Below the pieces are notes generated by a model. It searched no databases, was not told the DNA's origin, and saw only the letters and a list, made by a program, of their open reading frames with translations. From IMG/VR virus record IMGVR_UViG_3300031088_000758: a DNA stretch of 64,000 nt. One strand, given 5' to 3'. The position numbers and the translations under genes were made by a program. Shown one piece after another: positions 9,777 to 20,023 of the stretch (positions are counted from its first letter, which is position 1; the number at the start of each line of letters is the position of its first letter). Source of the stretch: a virus. Its lineage: Duplodnaviria; Caudoviricetes.

Positions 9777-10190
9777 ATGGCTGATAAAGAGACAGAAAGC
9801 GAAAAGACAACTGATAACTCAGATAACGAATTACATCGTTCTGAGACAGCAGAAAACGCTACTGAGCCTGATTTGGAAACATATGATGACAGTAAAAGTA
9901 GTATTAAAGAAGAGTCAGTTGAAAAAGATGATGACAACAGTGAAGATGAAGAAATTGTCATCATCTATAAGAAAGAACGTAATCCCATTGTAAAATTTGT
10001 GTTGGGGTTTGTGTCTTTTGTCGTTATAGCATATGTTTCTCTGTTTGCTATTGGTTTTACAATGGGATTGATGAAAATTCAACCACCTAATATAGATGAG
10101 CAGGTTTTATCTAATAAATGGAGTGAATTAACAGGAAACGAAGAAGAAACACCTTCAGAGCTGGAGCCAGCTGAAAAAGTTGAGGAATAA
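9777..10190 (+). CDS. Hypothetical single-pass membrane protein
   Basis: Acidic N-terminus, one TM helix. Confidence 0.65.
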   Translation: MADKETESEKTTDNSDNELHRSETAENATEPDLETYDDSKSSIKEESVEKDDDNSEDEEIVIIYKKERNPIVKFVLGFVSFVVIAYVSLFAIGFTMGLMKIQPPNIDEQVLSNKWSELTGNEEETPSELEPAEKVEE

Positions 10191-10192
10191 AA

Positions 10193-10777
10193 ATGAAAAA
10201 GGCAAGAACAGTTGAAATTCCCGATAATAGAACAGTAGATTTCAAAACTTATATGAAGCTAAATGACCATGCATATAAAAGCGCTCTTTTTTACGCAACA
10301 AATTATAATAAAAACAGTTTTCAAATTAGAGAAAAACTATTGCAAAAAGGCTACATTAAAGAAGATATAACAATTACTTATAATAATGGAAATACAGAAA
10401 ATCACAATATTATTGAAGAAAATATTCAGAAATTGACTGAACAATACATTCTTGATGATTACCAATACGTAGTCAGTTTTATTCAAAATGGAATTGACTC
10501 TGGAAAAAGCCTTCAAACTTTAAAGAATAAATTGTTCATGAATAAAGTCCCTCAACGTTTAATAGAACAAGTTATTGAATCAGAAGATGTTGAAATCAAC
10601 GAAAGTTATGGACTGGACAAAGAAGCATCTAAAATTGCTCGATCATCCAGTTTTGCGAAATTAGATAAATACAAAAAACAACAAAAACTGGTTAGGACAT
10701 TAGTCGGAAAAGGTTTTAATATGGGTGAAGTGTATGATTGGATTAACGAAAATTCAGATATTATAGAAGAAGGCTGA
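10193..10777 (+). CDS. recX: RecX-family regulator of RecA
   Basis: ALFYA...QIREKLLQKGY...IQKLTEQYILDDYQY...GKSLQTLKNKL...KLVRTLVGKGF three-helix repeat pattern. Confidence 0.75.
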   Translation: MKKARTVEIPDNRTVDFKTYMKLNDHAYKSALFYATNYNKNSFQIREKLLQKGYIKEDITITYNNGNTENHNIIEENIQKLTEQYILDDYQYVVSFIQNGIDSGKSLQTLKNKLFMNKVPQRLIEQVIESEDVEINESYGLDKEASKIARSSSFAKLDKYKKQQKLVRTLVGKGFNMGEVYDWINENSDIIEEG

Positions 10778-10843
10778 CTTTCTGTTCACTAAATATTTTA
10801 AAAATAGATTGTTCAATAATAACAATGAGGGTAGGCAATTATT

Positions 10844-11413
10844 ATGGCTATGGGATTAGAGGGTTTTGATGTTCGTCCTATATTTGTGTCTAAACTATTG
10901 AATAATTCTGGTGTATCACCTATTACAGGAACAGAAACTTTAATAGCAAAGAATAAAAAGATTCTCTTAAAAATCGAAGAAGACTTTTCTGAATCAATAA
11001 ATGGCACCTTATTAAGCTTGTTGAACAAGGTGTCCCCTTACGTAAATTACCGAGATTCTATATTCTTTTTGCTTGATTGTTATGATGAAGATATGGCACT
11101 GACAGCAGTTCAAGCATTAGAAGCAGCTTATGAGCGTAGGAAAAGCTTAAATGCTAATGATCTTATGGAAATCATTAAAGAATCAATTGAGACAGGAGTT
11201 CCGGCTTCTCTTATAGTTAATCTCTTAGGCAACGAAGAAGATGATAGCATTGAAAATCTTGATTTAGATTCTTTGAGCAACAATTTACATAATCTTAACC
11301 ATCTTAAAAATACAGGTGGGTTAAGCGGATCGAAAACTTCAAAAAATAATTCAACATCAACAGTATTTAATAAATCTGGTTTGAATCTTGATGGGATGAG
11401 AGATTTTAAATAA
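10844..11413 (+). CDS. Hypothetical protein
   Basis: 189-aa ORF with SD. Confidence 0.6.
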   Translation: MAMGLEGFDVRPIFVSKLLNNSGVSPITGTETLIAKNKKILLKIEEDFSESINGTLLSLLNKVSPYVNYRDSIFFLLDCYDEDMALTAVQALEAAYERRKSLNANDLMEIIKESIETGVPASLIVNLLGNEEDDSIENLDLDSLSNNLHNLNHLKNTGGLSGSKTSKNNSTSTVFNKSGLNLDGMRDFK

Positions 11414-12112
11414 GGAAAATTTTAAATATTGTTTTTGAAATATGCTGAAAATAATAGAATGATACGACGGATTTCAAAGCGTTGTTAAAATCTAACAGGA
11501 ATAAAAATTTAGCTGAGAAGAAAAGGCTTGAGTTGATGAACGATTTGAATATATCTACTACATTATTTGAATTGACCATCGAACAGAAAGCTGAGCTTAT
11601 GGAAAAATTTGCATTTAGTATTATCCATGAGTGGGATTTTGAGAAGAACAATGAAGATTTTCCCAATATTTCGATAATGTCAATAAAACCTAAATCTCAA
11701 TATAAGATATGGTGGAAATGTTCTCAGTACAAGCATAGATGGCAAGCCTCAATGAGACATAGAACAGATGGCTCTTTATGCCCAATATGCTCTAACAGAG
11801 TTTTGTTGACTGGATTTAACGATTTTGCTACTAAATTCCCTGAAATGTTAGAAGATTGGAAAAATCAGGAAACAACCCTGATCCTTCGACAATATTATTT
11901 TCAACAAGCAGAATAAAAATTGAGTGGCCTTGTAAAAATGATCATTATTTTATAACTACACCTTCCTCAATTATTAGAGCAAGAGGTTGTAATTATTGTC
12001 ATGGAACAAAAGTACTCAAAGGATTTAATGACTTAGCTTCAAAGTGCTCGGAAAGTTTATTCTGGTGGGATTATGAAAAAAACGATAAAACACCTGAAGA
12101 AGTTAGATGGGG

Positions 12113-13580
12113 TAGCTTCTAATCCCTCAGAATGATAAAAAAATGATAAAAACCAATATTATTTGATAGAATCATAATATAAAATAACTATTAGAGGGAG
12201 AACACAATGAACAATGTCATAACATTGCAATACTCCCTAAACCCTAATAAAAAACAATTAAACCAATTATCCTCACACGCAGGAGCAGTAAGATATGCTT
12301 ACAACTATGCTCTCAACAAAGTGTTATCAAACTGGACTAACGTGAAAAATGGAACAGAAACAGAATACCTTAACACTAGCGCTTACTCTCTAAGGAAAAT
12401 ATTCAATCAAGAAAAAGATAAGATAGCTCTCTGGTGGCATGAGAACAGCAAAGAAGCTTACAACACTGGTTTCGCCAACCTAAATAACGCCCTAAACAAG
12501 TATTTTAAGAAACAATCAGGTTTACCAAAATATAAAACAAAGCACTTCAACGATAATGAAGGTATTACTTTCACCACTGGGGTCAGACGTTTAGAAGAAG
12601 ACCGCAAACACTTCACTATACCTACTATTGGTACAGTAAAACTACACGAACGTGCTACTAAACTTGCTTACTTATTAAGGCATGATGGTCGTATAACAAA
12701 TGTTAGTGTGAAGTATTCAAGAACACGATGGTTTATCAACATTATAGTTCGAGTGAGTGATGAATTATTCAAACAATACCATTTATTAAGAACTAAAAAG
12801 GATAAGAAGAAAATAGTTGGTGTGGATGTTGGTATTAAAAATGCTGCTGTGTTCAGTGATGGAACAGTGATTGAGAATCATAAATCTTACGAGAAACAGT
12901 TGAAGAAACTCCGTAGGTTGAACAAAGAGTTAAGTAGGAGACGTAAGTTTAATAAAGCTACTGGTGAAATAGCATCGAATCGTTATGAGAAAACGAAGAA
13001 AAAACTACAGAAAACGTATGCTAAGGTCACTAACCAAGAAGTTGATTTTGCTCATAAGTTATCTAAACGACTGGTTGATGAGTATAAAATAATTGGTTTA
13101 GAGGATTTGAACGTTGCTGGGATGATAAAGAATAGAAAACTATCGCGTCGTATTGCTCACGCAAGTTTCGGTCGTTTGAAAATTTATGTTAATTATAAAT
13201 CTAATTGGTATGGTAGCAGGGTAGTGATGGTGGATCAGTATTATCCGAGTAGTAAAACGTGTTCTGATTGTGGGGTAGTGAGAGCCAAACTATCTTTGAA
13301 AGAGCGTGTGTTTTATTGTGAGAATTCAGATTGTGGTTTAATATTGGATCGTGATTTGAATGCTGCTGTGAATATTAGGAATTATGCCGCCCAGAGTTGC
13401 GGGGAGGCTTTAAACGGTCAGGGAGACGAGAGCGCTGGTCAGGCAGACCTTCTGCTTGATGAAACTGGTAGTCTGGGAACTGACAAGTCAAACGTTCTTT
13501 TGAGTGTTTGATAACCCAATTAGGGTAGTTGTTATTGTTTTAGATGGTTTTATACTATTTTTTATGATAATAACTAACGG
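12113..13580 (+). mobile_element. Non-autonomous IS607-type element (tnpB only) inserted at GG
   Basis: Left flank agatggGG|tagc, right end actaacGG|ttcaaaag; tandem aatgataaaaa repeats near the left end; no target duplication and no tnpA. Confidence 0.8.
12207..13511 (+). CDS. tnpB: RNA-guided endonuclease TnpB
   Basis: N-terminal HTH, WWHENSKEAY, RuvC-I GVDVG, RuvC-II LEDLNV, Zn finger CSDC...CENSDC, RuvC-III DRDLNAAVNI. Confidence 0.95.
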   Translation: MNNVITLQYSLNPNKKQLNQLSSHAGAVRYAYNYALNKVLSNWTNVKNGTETEYLNTSAYSLRKIFNQEKDKIALWWHENSKEAYNTGFANLNNALNKYFKKQSGLPKYKTKHFNDNEGITFTTGVRRLEEDRKHFTIPTIGTVKLHERATKLAYLLRHDGRITNVSVKYSRTRWFINIIVRVSDELFKQYHLLRTKKDKKKIVGVDVGIKNAAVFSDGTVIENHKSYEKQLKKLRRLNKELSRRRKFNKATGEIASNRYEKTKKKLQKTYAKVTNQEVDFAHKLSKRLVDEYKIIGLEDLNVAGMIKNRKLSRRIAHASFGRLKIYVNYKSNWYGSRVVMVDQYYPSSKTCSDCGVVRAKLSLKERVFYCENSDCGLILDRDLNAAVNIRNYAAQSCGEALNGQGDESAGQADLLLDETGSLGTDKSNVLLSV

Positions 13581-13600
13581 TTCAAAAGTTAAAGTTTGGT
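13380..13600 (+). ncRNA. Predicted TnpB omega/reRNA (scaffold at the right end, guide starting at 13581)
   Basis: Inferred from TnpB biology; GC-richer 3' end of tnpB. The 5' boundary is approximate. Confidence 0.5.
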
Positions 13601-14764
13601 GGAAATGCTTAGAGTATGGACATAGTTATTTTGCCGCTATCAATCATTTTTATAATGGCCGAAGATGTTCTACTTGCGCTGGAAAAACTATTGACGTAAG
13701 CAACAAGTTAAGTATTACTCATCCGCACCTTGTCAAAGAATGGGATTTTACAAAGAATTCTTTTAATCCTGGCGAAATTTCTGCTGGGCATGATAAAAAA
13801 GCGTGGTGGAAGTGTTCACAATGTTCTCACGAATGGACAGCTTACGTGTACAATAGAACAAATAAGAAAAGACCTCAAGGGTGTCCTGAATGTGCAAAAG
13901 GAGCAACAGCATCCAGAGGTGAGAAACAAATTATTGAATTTCTTTCCCAAAACAGTGTATTAGACATCGTAACTCATAAAATCATTAATAACAAAGAAGG
14001 TAGAAAATTTGAAATAGATATATTTATTCCACATCTAAATATAGGTATTGAATTTAACGGTATATATTATCATTCAGAAAAGTTTGTCGATAAAAAATAC
14101 CATTTTAATAAATTTAAAACTTGTCAAGAAAACAACATCCAACTGATTCAGATTTGGGAAGATGATTGGTTTAAATCTCGTGAAACTATTAAACAAATGC
14201 TGTTAAATCAATTAAATAAAAATATTGAATACTGTCCCTTGGAAAAAACAACAATTAAAAAGATTGAAGAAGCTGAAGCGATAAAGTTTTTCAGCGATAA
14301 CTATCCACAAAAAGTTCTTAATGCTTCGCTTTATATAGGATTGTTAAACGAAAAACGGAAGCTTATTGCTGTTGTTGCTGTCCAAGAGAGAAAAAGTAAA
14401 AAAGGACTCAATATATCTTGTTTTGTTTCTGAGTACAATTCTTCTAACAATTTCGCCAAACTTATATCTTATATTGAGAAACATTATGATTTTGAATATC
14501 TTACTGCGATATCTGATAACTGCATTGACAATAATGAATTATATATAAATAATGGATTTAAATTCAAAGAACATATTTCTCCTGACTATACATATTTTGC
14601 GAAAAAACAATACCGTGAAGATAAAACAAAATATTCTAAAAATAAATTCAAAAATGATTTAAATTTAGAATATTTTGATAAAATGAATGAAGAAGAATTA
14701 GCAGAGTTAAATGGTTTTTTGAAGGTTTATGATGCTGGGAAAACAAAGTGGGTAAGGAAGATTA

Positions 14765-16003
14765 TTGATGAATGAAAAAAATAAAAATCCACGAAAAGGT
14801 GTTCCCCGAAACAAAAGAGAATTTATAAAAACTCTTCCAATAGCTAAAGAATGGAACGATGAAAAATCAATTGATGATTACACAGCGGCAAGTGAGTATG
14901 AAGCACAATGGAAGTGCTTAGAATATGGACATATTTATACACTTGCTGTTAATCTTCGTGTTAGGCGCAAAAAACCCGCTTGTCCTTACTGCAATAATAG
15001 AAAAGTTTTAGAAGGTTTTAATGATTTGGCAACGATTCATCCTTATTTGCTTTCAGAGTGGAATGATGAAAAAGAACCAACAGAAGTTTTAGCAAATACA
15101 AACGATAAAATACAATGGAAATGTTTAGCTCATGGTCATAAGTGGAAAATTTCTCCATATAGCCGTATTAAATTTAATTCGAACTGTCCTTATTGCGGAA
15201 ACCAGAAATTGCTACAAGGATTCAATGATTTTGCTACGGTATATCCAGAAATTGCAAAAGAATGGCATCCAACAAGAAATGATACTAAACCTGATACTTT
15301 TATAATGAATTACGGTATTCAATATTGGTGGATATGTACAAAAAACCATGAATACAAAGCTACATGCAGACATAGAGCTGAAAGGAACCAAGGATGTCCG
15401 ATTTGTTCTGGCAGGCAAATTCTTGCAGGTTTTAATGACTTAGCTTCACAGCGTTCTGAGCTTATGAAAGATTGGGATTATTCACAAAATGCCCTTGATC
15501 CAACTAAAATCTCTGTTCATAGAAATGAAAAAGCACAATGGAAATGCTATATTTGCTCTCACAAGTGGGAAGCTTTAATAAGTAATAGATCAAGAGGTTT
15601 TGGATGCCCTAAATGTTCAGGGGCAATTTCAAAACAAGAAAAAACTTTGTTGAAGTTTATTAGAACAATGTTACCAGGAAAAGTTCTTGTTGTAGAAAAT
15701 GATAAGAAAATCATAAATCCAAAAGAAATAGATATTTTTATTCCTTCATTGAACATTGGATTTGAGTACAACGGATTGTACTGGCATGATAAAGAAAGCT
15801 ACCTAAACGATTTAAAAAATAACACTCAATTCAGCAATGAACGAGTGAAAGAAATCCTATGTGCAGAAAAAAATGTTAAACTCTTTCATGTATGGAGTGA
15901 TGAATGGTTGTTGAATGAGGATGAAACTCGCAAAAAAATAAAAATAATTATCAAAAATTCTTTAAACAATCTACCGGATTCCACCGTCAAAACTGTTTCT
16001 TGA
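14765..16003 (+). CDS. Zinc-ribbon-repeat protein with C-terminal PD-(D/E)XK/Vsr-like nuclease (putative homing endonuclease)
   Basis: Four WKC-H...CPxC repeats with GFNDLA linkers; EIDIFIPSLNIGFEYNGLYWH. Confidence 0.75.
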   Translation: MMNEKNKNPRKGVPRNKREFIKTLPIAKEWNDEKSIDDYTAASEYEAQWKCLEYGHIYTLAVNLRVRRKKPACPYCNNRKVLEGFNDLATIHPYLLSEWNDEKEPTEVLANTNDKIQWKCLAHGHKWKISPYSRIKFNSNCPYCGNQKLLQGFNDFATVYPEIAKEWHPTRNDTKPDTFIMNYGIQYWWICTKNHEYKATCRHRAERNQGCPICSGRQILAGFNDLASQRSELMKDWDYSQNALDPTKISVHRNEKAQWKCYICSHKWEALISNRSRGFGCPKCSGAISKQEKTLLKFIRTMLPGKVLVVENDKKIINPKEIDIFIPSLNIGFEYNGLYWHDKESYLNDLKNNTQFSNERVKEILCAEKNVKLFHVWSDEWLLNEDETRKKIKIIIKNSLNNLPDSTVKTVS

Positions 16004-16118
16004 AAACTTTGAATTTGTTGGGTACAAACTGATATAGAAAACGTTAAGCTTAAAATGACTAAAATTTGGTAGAATTATACTGATACAAAACAGTAAGATG
16101 ATAAGTAAAGGAAGTAAG

Positions 16119-18251
16119 ATGGCAGAAAAATTAGATACTAGCTACACAGCAGATGATTTGCAAAAACTTGAGTACCCGATGTCAATCTGGCGCAGGCCAT
16201 CCATGTACTTGGGTGAAAGAGGCACACAACAGAGTGTTGCCACTCGTGAAATCATTGATAACAGTGTTCACGAAAGCGTTCGTGGGTTTGCGGATAGGAT
16301 TAAAGTAGTATTCGGCAAAGATGGATCAGTTACGGTTCAAGATAATGGTAGAGGTTTGCCAACAGACATTAATAAAAAAACTGGAGTCAATGGAATTATT
16401 TTGACTATGGCTACTTTACATGCTGGAGCAAACTTTGGAAACAACGTAGCCGCTGGAAAAGCTGGTGCAGGGTTGAACGGCGTTGGAGCATCCGCTACTA
16501 ACGCTCTTTCAAAAAGATTTGATGCTATCATTTACAAAGCTGGAAAAAGATATCAACTAAGCTTCCAAGATGGTTTTGCTGGGCATTTTGATGGTGAAAC
16601 TCCTGAAGATTCGTTTAGCAAATCAGATGAAATTCTTGTTTCAAAGGATGAAAGAAAACCTGCTGAGAAAAAAGATTTCAAAACAGGAACTATTATCAAA
16701 CTATGGTTCAATGAAGAAAGATTCCCTGCGGATGAAACAATCGACATTGATGATCTAGTGGACCGTTTAAAGTATACAGCATATATTGCTCCTGGTCTTC
16801 ACATTGACATAATTGATGAAAATCGACAATATGAAGATGGAACAAACTATACATGGGAATTCTTCAGTGAGCATGGTCTTGAAGAAATGGTTGAAGCTAT
16901 TTCAGAAGACGCTTTCTTGCCAGGAACAGAAGCTAAAACTAATGTTTTCACTGAAAAAGGTATTTATACTTTGAAAACAGAGGGGAATTACAATGAGTTG
17001 ACTTCTGATGATGAAGGTAAAGTGAATGAGATCAAGCGTACAGTTACAGCAGAAATTGCTTTCCGTTATGGAACTGGATACGAAAAGAAACTAAACTCTT
17101 TTGTTAATACTATTCACACTCATTTAGGTGGAGTTCATGAGCAAGCTTTTGAGAAAGCACTTGTAGAAGCTTTTGGTGCGAGAATGTCGTCAATGCGTGG
17201 TATTCTTACAGCAAAGGATGAACCACCTATTATTGATGATTTCTTTGAGGGTATGACTGTAGCGTTGTCTGTGAATGTGCCGGAACCACAGTTCGTAGGT
17301 CAGCAGAAGGACAAGTTATCAGGTCCAGAAGTTCGCAAGGCTCTGACTAAGGCTCTTACAGAGTTGTTTACTAAGTTTGCTAATGATCCTAATAATCAAA
17401 AGATATTGAAGCCTATGTTTGAGAAAGTTGCACAAGCTTCTAAGAATAGGCATGATGCAGCTATAGCAAAATTGGCTAAGCGTAAAAATACACAAGTGTC
17501 TTCTTCTTCAATGCCTGCTAAGCTTTCGGATTGCGATTTGACAGGAACTGAAGAATCTGAATTATTGATTTGTGAGGGTGATTCGGCTAAGGGCACTATT
17601 CTAAAAGCGCGTGATGCTACTTATCAGGCAGTTATTCCTATTCGTGGTAAGATTTTGAACAGTTACAAAGCGGATATGAAGCAAATCTTGAATAATAGTG
17701 AGATCACAGATATAGCAAAAGCTATTGGTGCTGGTTTTGGCAAAGAGTTTGACATTGAGAGAATTCGCTATGGTAAGGTTCTTTTTGCGGCTGACGCTGA
17801 TGTTGACGGTTCTCATATTAATATTCTTCTTTACACTGTGTTCAATAGAATGTTTAAGTCTATGATTGAAGAGGGAAGAGTTTATCAAACTGTTCCACCA
17901 TTGTTTGAAATTACTTATGGAACAGGAAAGAGTCAAAAAATTGACTATGCTGCTAATGAGGCTGAGTTGAGTCAAATTGTTAAAAAACTTGAAAAAAGCG
18001 GGAAAAAGTACAAAGTAGAACGTAATAAAGGTCTTGGAGAGATGACCCCAGAGGCTTTTTCCGAGACTGTGCTTGACCCTGCCACTCGTTCATTGCGTAG
18101 AATTACGTTGAAAGATGTTCAAGCTGCGGAAGAAGCTTTGGTTTTGACAATGGGTGATAACTCTCAGGAGCGTAAAGATTTCATTGGTGATAATTTCCAG
18201 ACAGCTATTGATACAGGGCTTGTTGAAGGCTTTGAATCTGGTAACGAGTGA
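16119..18251 (+). CDS. Type IIA DNA topoisomerase subunit B (GyrB/ParE-like)
   Basis: RRPSMYLG, EIIDNSVHE, DNGRGLP, GLNGVG, CEGDSAKG, PIRGKILN, DADVDG, KGLGEM. Confidence 0.95.
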   Translation: MAEKLDTSYTADDLQKLEYPMSIWRRPSMYLGERGTQQSVATREIIDNSVHESVRGFADRIKVVFGKDGSVTVQDNGRGLPTDINKKTGVNGIILTMATLHAGANFGNNVAAGKAGAGLNGVGASATNALSKRFDAIIYKAGKRYQLSFQDGFAGHFDGETPEDSFSKSDEILVSKDERKPAEKKDFKTGTIIKLWFNEERFPADETIDIDDLVDRLKYTAYIAPGLHIDIIDENRQYEDGTNYTWEFFSEHGLEEMVEAISEDAFLPGTEAKTNVFTEKGIYTLKTEGNYNELTSDDEGKVNEIKRTVTAEIAFRYGTGYEKKLNSFVNTIHTHLGGVHEQAFEKALVEAFGARMSSMRGILTAKDEPPIIDDFFEGMTVALSVNVPEPQFVGQQKDKLSGPEVRKALTKALTELFTKFANDPNNQKILKPMFEKVAQASKNRHDAAIAKLAKRKNTQVSSSSMPAKLSDCDLTGTEESELLICEGDSAKGTILKARDATYQAVIPIRGKILNSYKADMKQILNNSEITDIAKAIGAGFGKEFDIERIRYGKVLFAADADVDGSHINILLYTVFNRMFKSMIEEGRVYQTVPPLFEITYGTGKSQKIDYAANEAELSQIVKKLEKSGKKYKVERNKGLGEMTPEAFSETVLDPATRSLRRITLKDVQAAEEALVLTMGDNSQERKDFIGDNFQTAIDTGLVEGFESGNE

Positions 18252-18276
18252 CTTAATTATCTTTATTTGAGAATTT

Positions 18277-18332
18277 AATAAATTAAGCTATAACTATTAA
18301 AACAGGAATTAATAGTTATAGCTTAATTTATT
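18277..18332. terminator. 24-bp perfect inverted repeat after topoisomerase B
   Basis: aataaattaagctataactattaa / ttaatagttatagcttaatttatt, 8-nt loop. Confidence 0.7.
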
Positions 18333-18339
18333 GCTTGCT

Positions 18340-18369
18340 TTGACATTTCACCTTATCCTTTGATAAAAT
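18340..18369 (+). promoter_or_regulatory. sigma70-type promoter
   Basis: TTGACA-18 nt-TAAAAT with extended TG. Confidence 0.55.
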
Positions 18370-18402
18370 GTATCTAAGCGTAATTGAAAAGGATTTGTAA
18401 TA

Positions 18403-19929
18403 ATGATTAGAATATATGCCCGTAATACTGAAGTTAAACGAATAGAAAACAATGAAGCACAAGAATTTGTTGAAACGCATCATTCACAAGGCGCTGCCAA
18501 AGGTAGTTTTAAAAAAGAATCATTAGGTTTATTTTCTTCTCATGAGTTAGTGGGAGTTGCTCAATTTTGCTCACCCCGAACTTCTGGTAAAAAATTAGAA
18601 TATACTACTGAACTATTAAGATTATGTTTTAAAAATGATGTACAGGTTATAGGTGGGGCTAGTAAACTTATTAAGTATTATATTGAAAAATATAATCCTG
18701 CGGATCTTTTCACGTATCAAGATACAACAGGAGACAATAGTGATGTGTATGAAAAATCAGGGATGAAGTTTGTTAAGCAATATAAAGATAAAAAATATCT
18801 CGTAGCTCCGGGGAAGACTTTTGCTACTGCTGATAGGAAAAGTAGAGAGATCCTTACATTCTCTTATGCTGTGAATATGGGGCCAGATAATATTCTTAAG
18901 ACAAAATTAGGTGAACAATTTTATAACAACGGAAGCCGAAAAAGCAATATAGATTTATTTTTGGAATTAGGGTGGAATATTGAAACCACCACGGGAGATA
19001 AAGTGTATGAATGGGTTAATCCAAATTTAAGTTTTTATACTTATAAAATAACCTCTACTGACTCAAAGAAATATTATTATGGCATGTCAAGTGTCAAAAA
19101 ACCTTTTAGAGATATCGCTATTAAAGATTGTTTAAATGATGGGTATTACGGCAGCGGTGGAAATACGTTGAAAAATAATAAATTTAAAAATTGGAAGAAG
19201 AAATATAAAAATACGCTAAAAAAAGAAATTATTCAAATTTTTGAAAGAAAGAGTCAAGCTTATGAACATGAGAAAAAAATAATTGGCGATTTATGGAAGA
19301 CAGATCCATTATGTTTAAATAGTTCTGCAGGTGGAGTTTATACTGGTTTTGGAAAGGGTTGGCGCGAAAATGTGTCTTTGAAAGAGTGTTCTATTCATGG
19401 TATGACTAAGCATCGTGGTAATGCTTGTTATAAGTGTTTTATGAACGAGCTAGTGTCTGTGAAAGTGTGCGAGATCCATGGTGAAACTAAATTTCAAGGT
19501 GAATCGTGTAGTAAATGCGCTGTGAGTAAAACTTTTGTTCAAAAAGAGTGTGAGATTCATGGTTTAACGACTTTTTCAGGAAATTATTGTAGAAAGTGTA
19601 GTGTTGCTAAAACTGTGGTTATGAAAGAGTGTAGTATTCATGGCATGACTAAACATCAAGGTAATGTGTGTAATTCTTGTAATGCTTTAAGTAGCATTTC
19701 TATTAAAACTTGTGAGGTTCATGGGGAGACTAAATTTGTGGGTGATAAATGTAGAAAGTGCATTTCTGCGAAGAACAATGCTTTGAAAGAGTGTGCTGTA
19801 CATGGTTTAGTTAATTATAGAGGTAATTCTTGCATGAAGTGTAGTGCTCAGAAGAGAAAGCATGTCAGGGGTCTACATGATGATAGCCCGGATCATCTGT
19901 GTTATATTTGTTTAGAAGGTAATACATGA
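18403..19929 (+). CDS. Modular putative homing endonuclease (GIY-YIG-like core plus six CxxHG...CxxC repeats)
   Basis: YTYKITSTDSKKYYYG...YYGSG...E...LN core; 27-aa Cys/His repeats at the C-terminus; lies between the topoisomerase subunit genes. Confidence 0.7.
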   Translation: MIRIYARNTEVKRIENNEAQEFVETHHSQGAAKGSFKKESLGLFSSHELVGVAQFCSPRTSGKKLEYTTELLRLCFKNDVQVIGGASKLIKYYIEKYNPADLFTYQDTTGDNSDVYEKSGMKFVKQYKDKKYLVAPGKTFATADRKSREILTFSYAVNMGPDNILKTKLGEQFYNNGSRKSNIDLFLELGWNIETTTGDKVYEWVNPNLSFYTYKITSTDSKKYYYGMSSVKKPFRDIAIKDCLNDGYYGSGGNTLKNNKFKNWKKKYKNTLKKEIIQIFERKSQAYEHEKKIIGDLWKTDPLCLNSSAGGVYTGFGKGWRENVSLKECSIHGMTKHRGNACYKCFMNELVSVKVCEIHGETKFQGESCSKCAVSKTFVQKECEIHGLTTFSGNYCRKCSVAKTVVMKECSIHGMTKHQGNVCNSCNALSSISIKTCEVHGETKFVGDKCRKCISAKNNALKECAVHGLVNYRGNSCMKCSAQKRKHVRGLHDDSPDHLCYICLEGNT

Positions 19930-20023
19930 TGTTTTTAATCTTTATATAAAAGGTTTTTTAATGTCTTTGTTGTTAAAATGATATAGATAAAGTAATTTTG
20001 TGAAGTATAAGGAAAGGTAAGAG

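Larger units (their letters stand above)
11482..14775 (+). pseudogene. Zinc-ribbon-repeat endonuclease gene, frameshifted near 11860 and split by an IS607-type element
   Basis: Fragments 11482-11916, 11856-12112 and 13581-14775 carry WWKC-H...CPxC repeats and EIDIFIPHLNIGIEFNGIYYHS; removing the element restores RWGSKVKVWWKC in frame. Confidence 0.8.

Noticed and set aside
11850-11870. Programmed frameshift at GGAAAAAT
   Set aside because: The gene is already IS-disrupted, so decay or a sequencing error is simpler.
13504-13580. ORF-track N-terminus of 13504-14775 as a real gene start
   Set aside because: It lies inside the IS right end; the host reading frame resumes at 13581.
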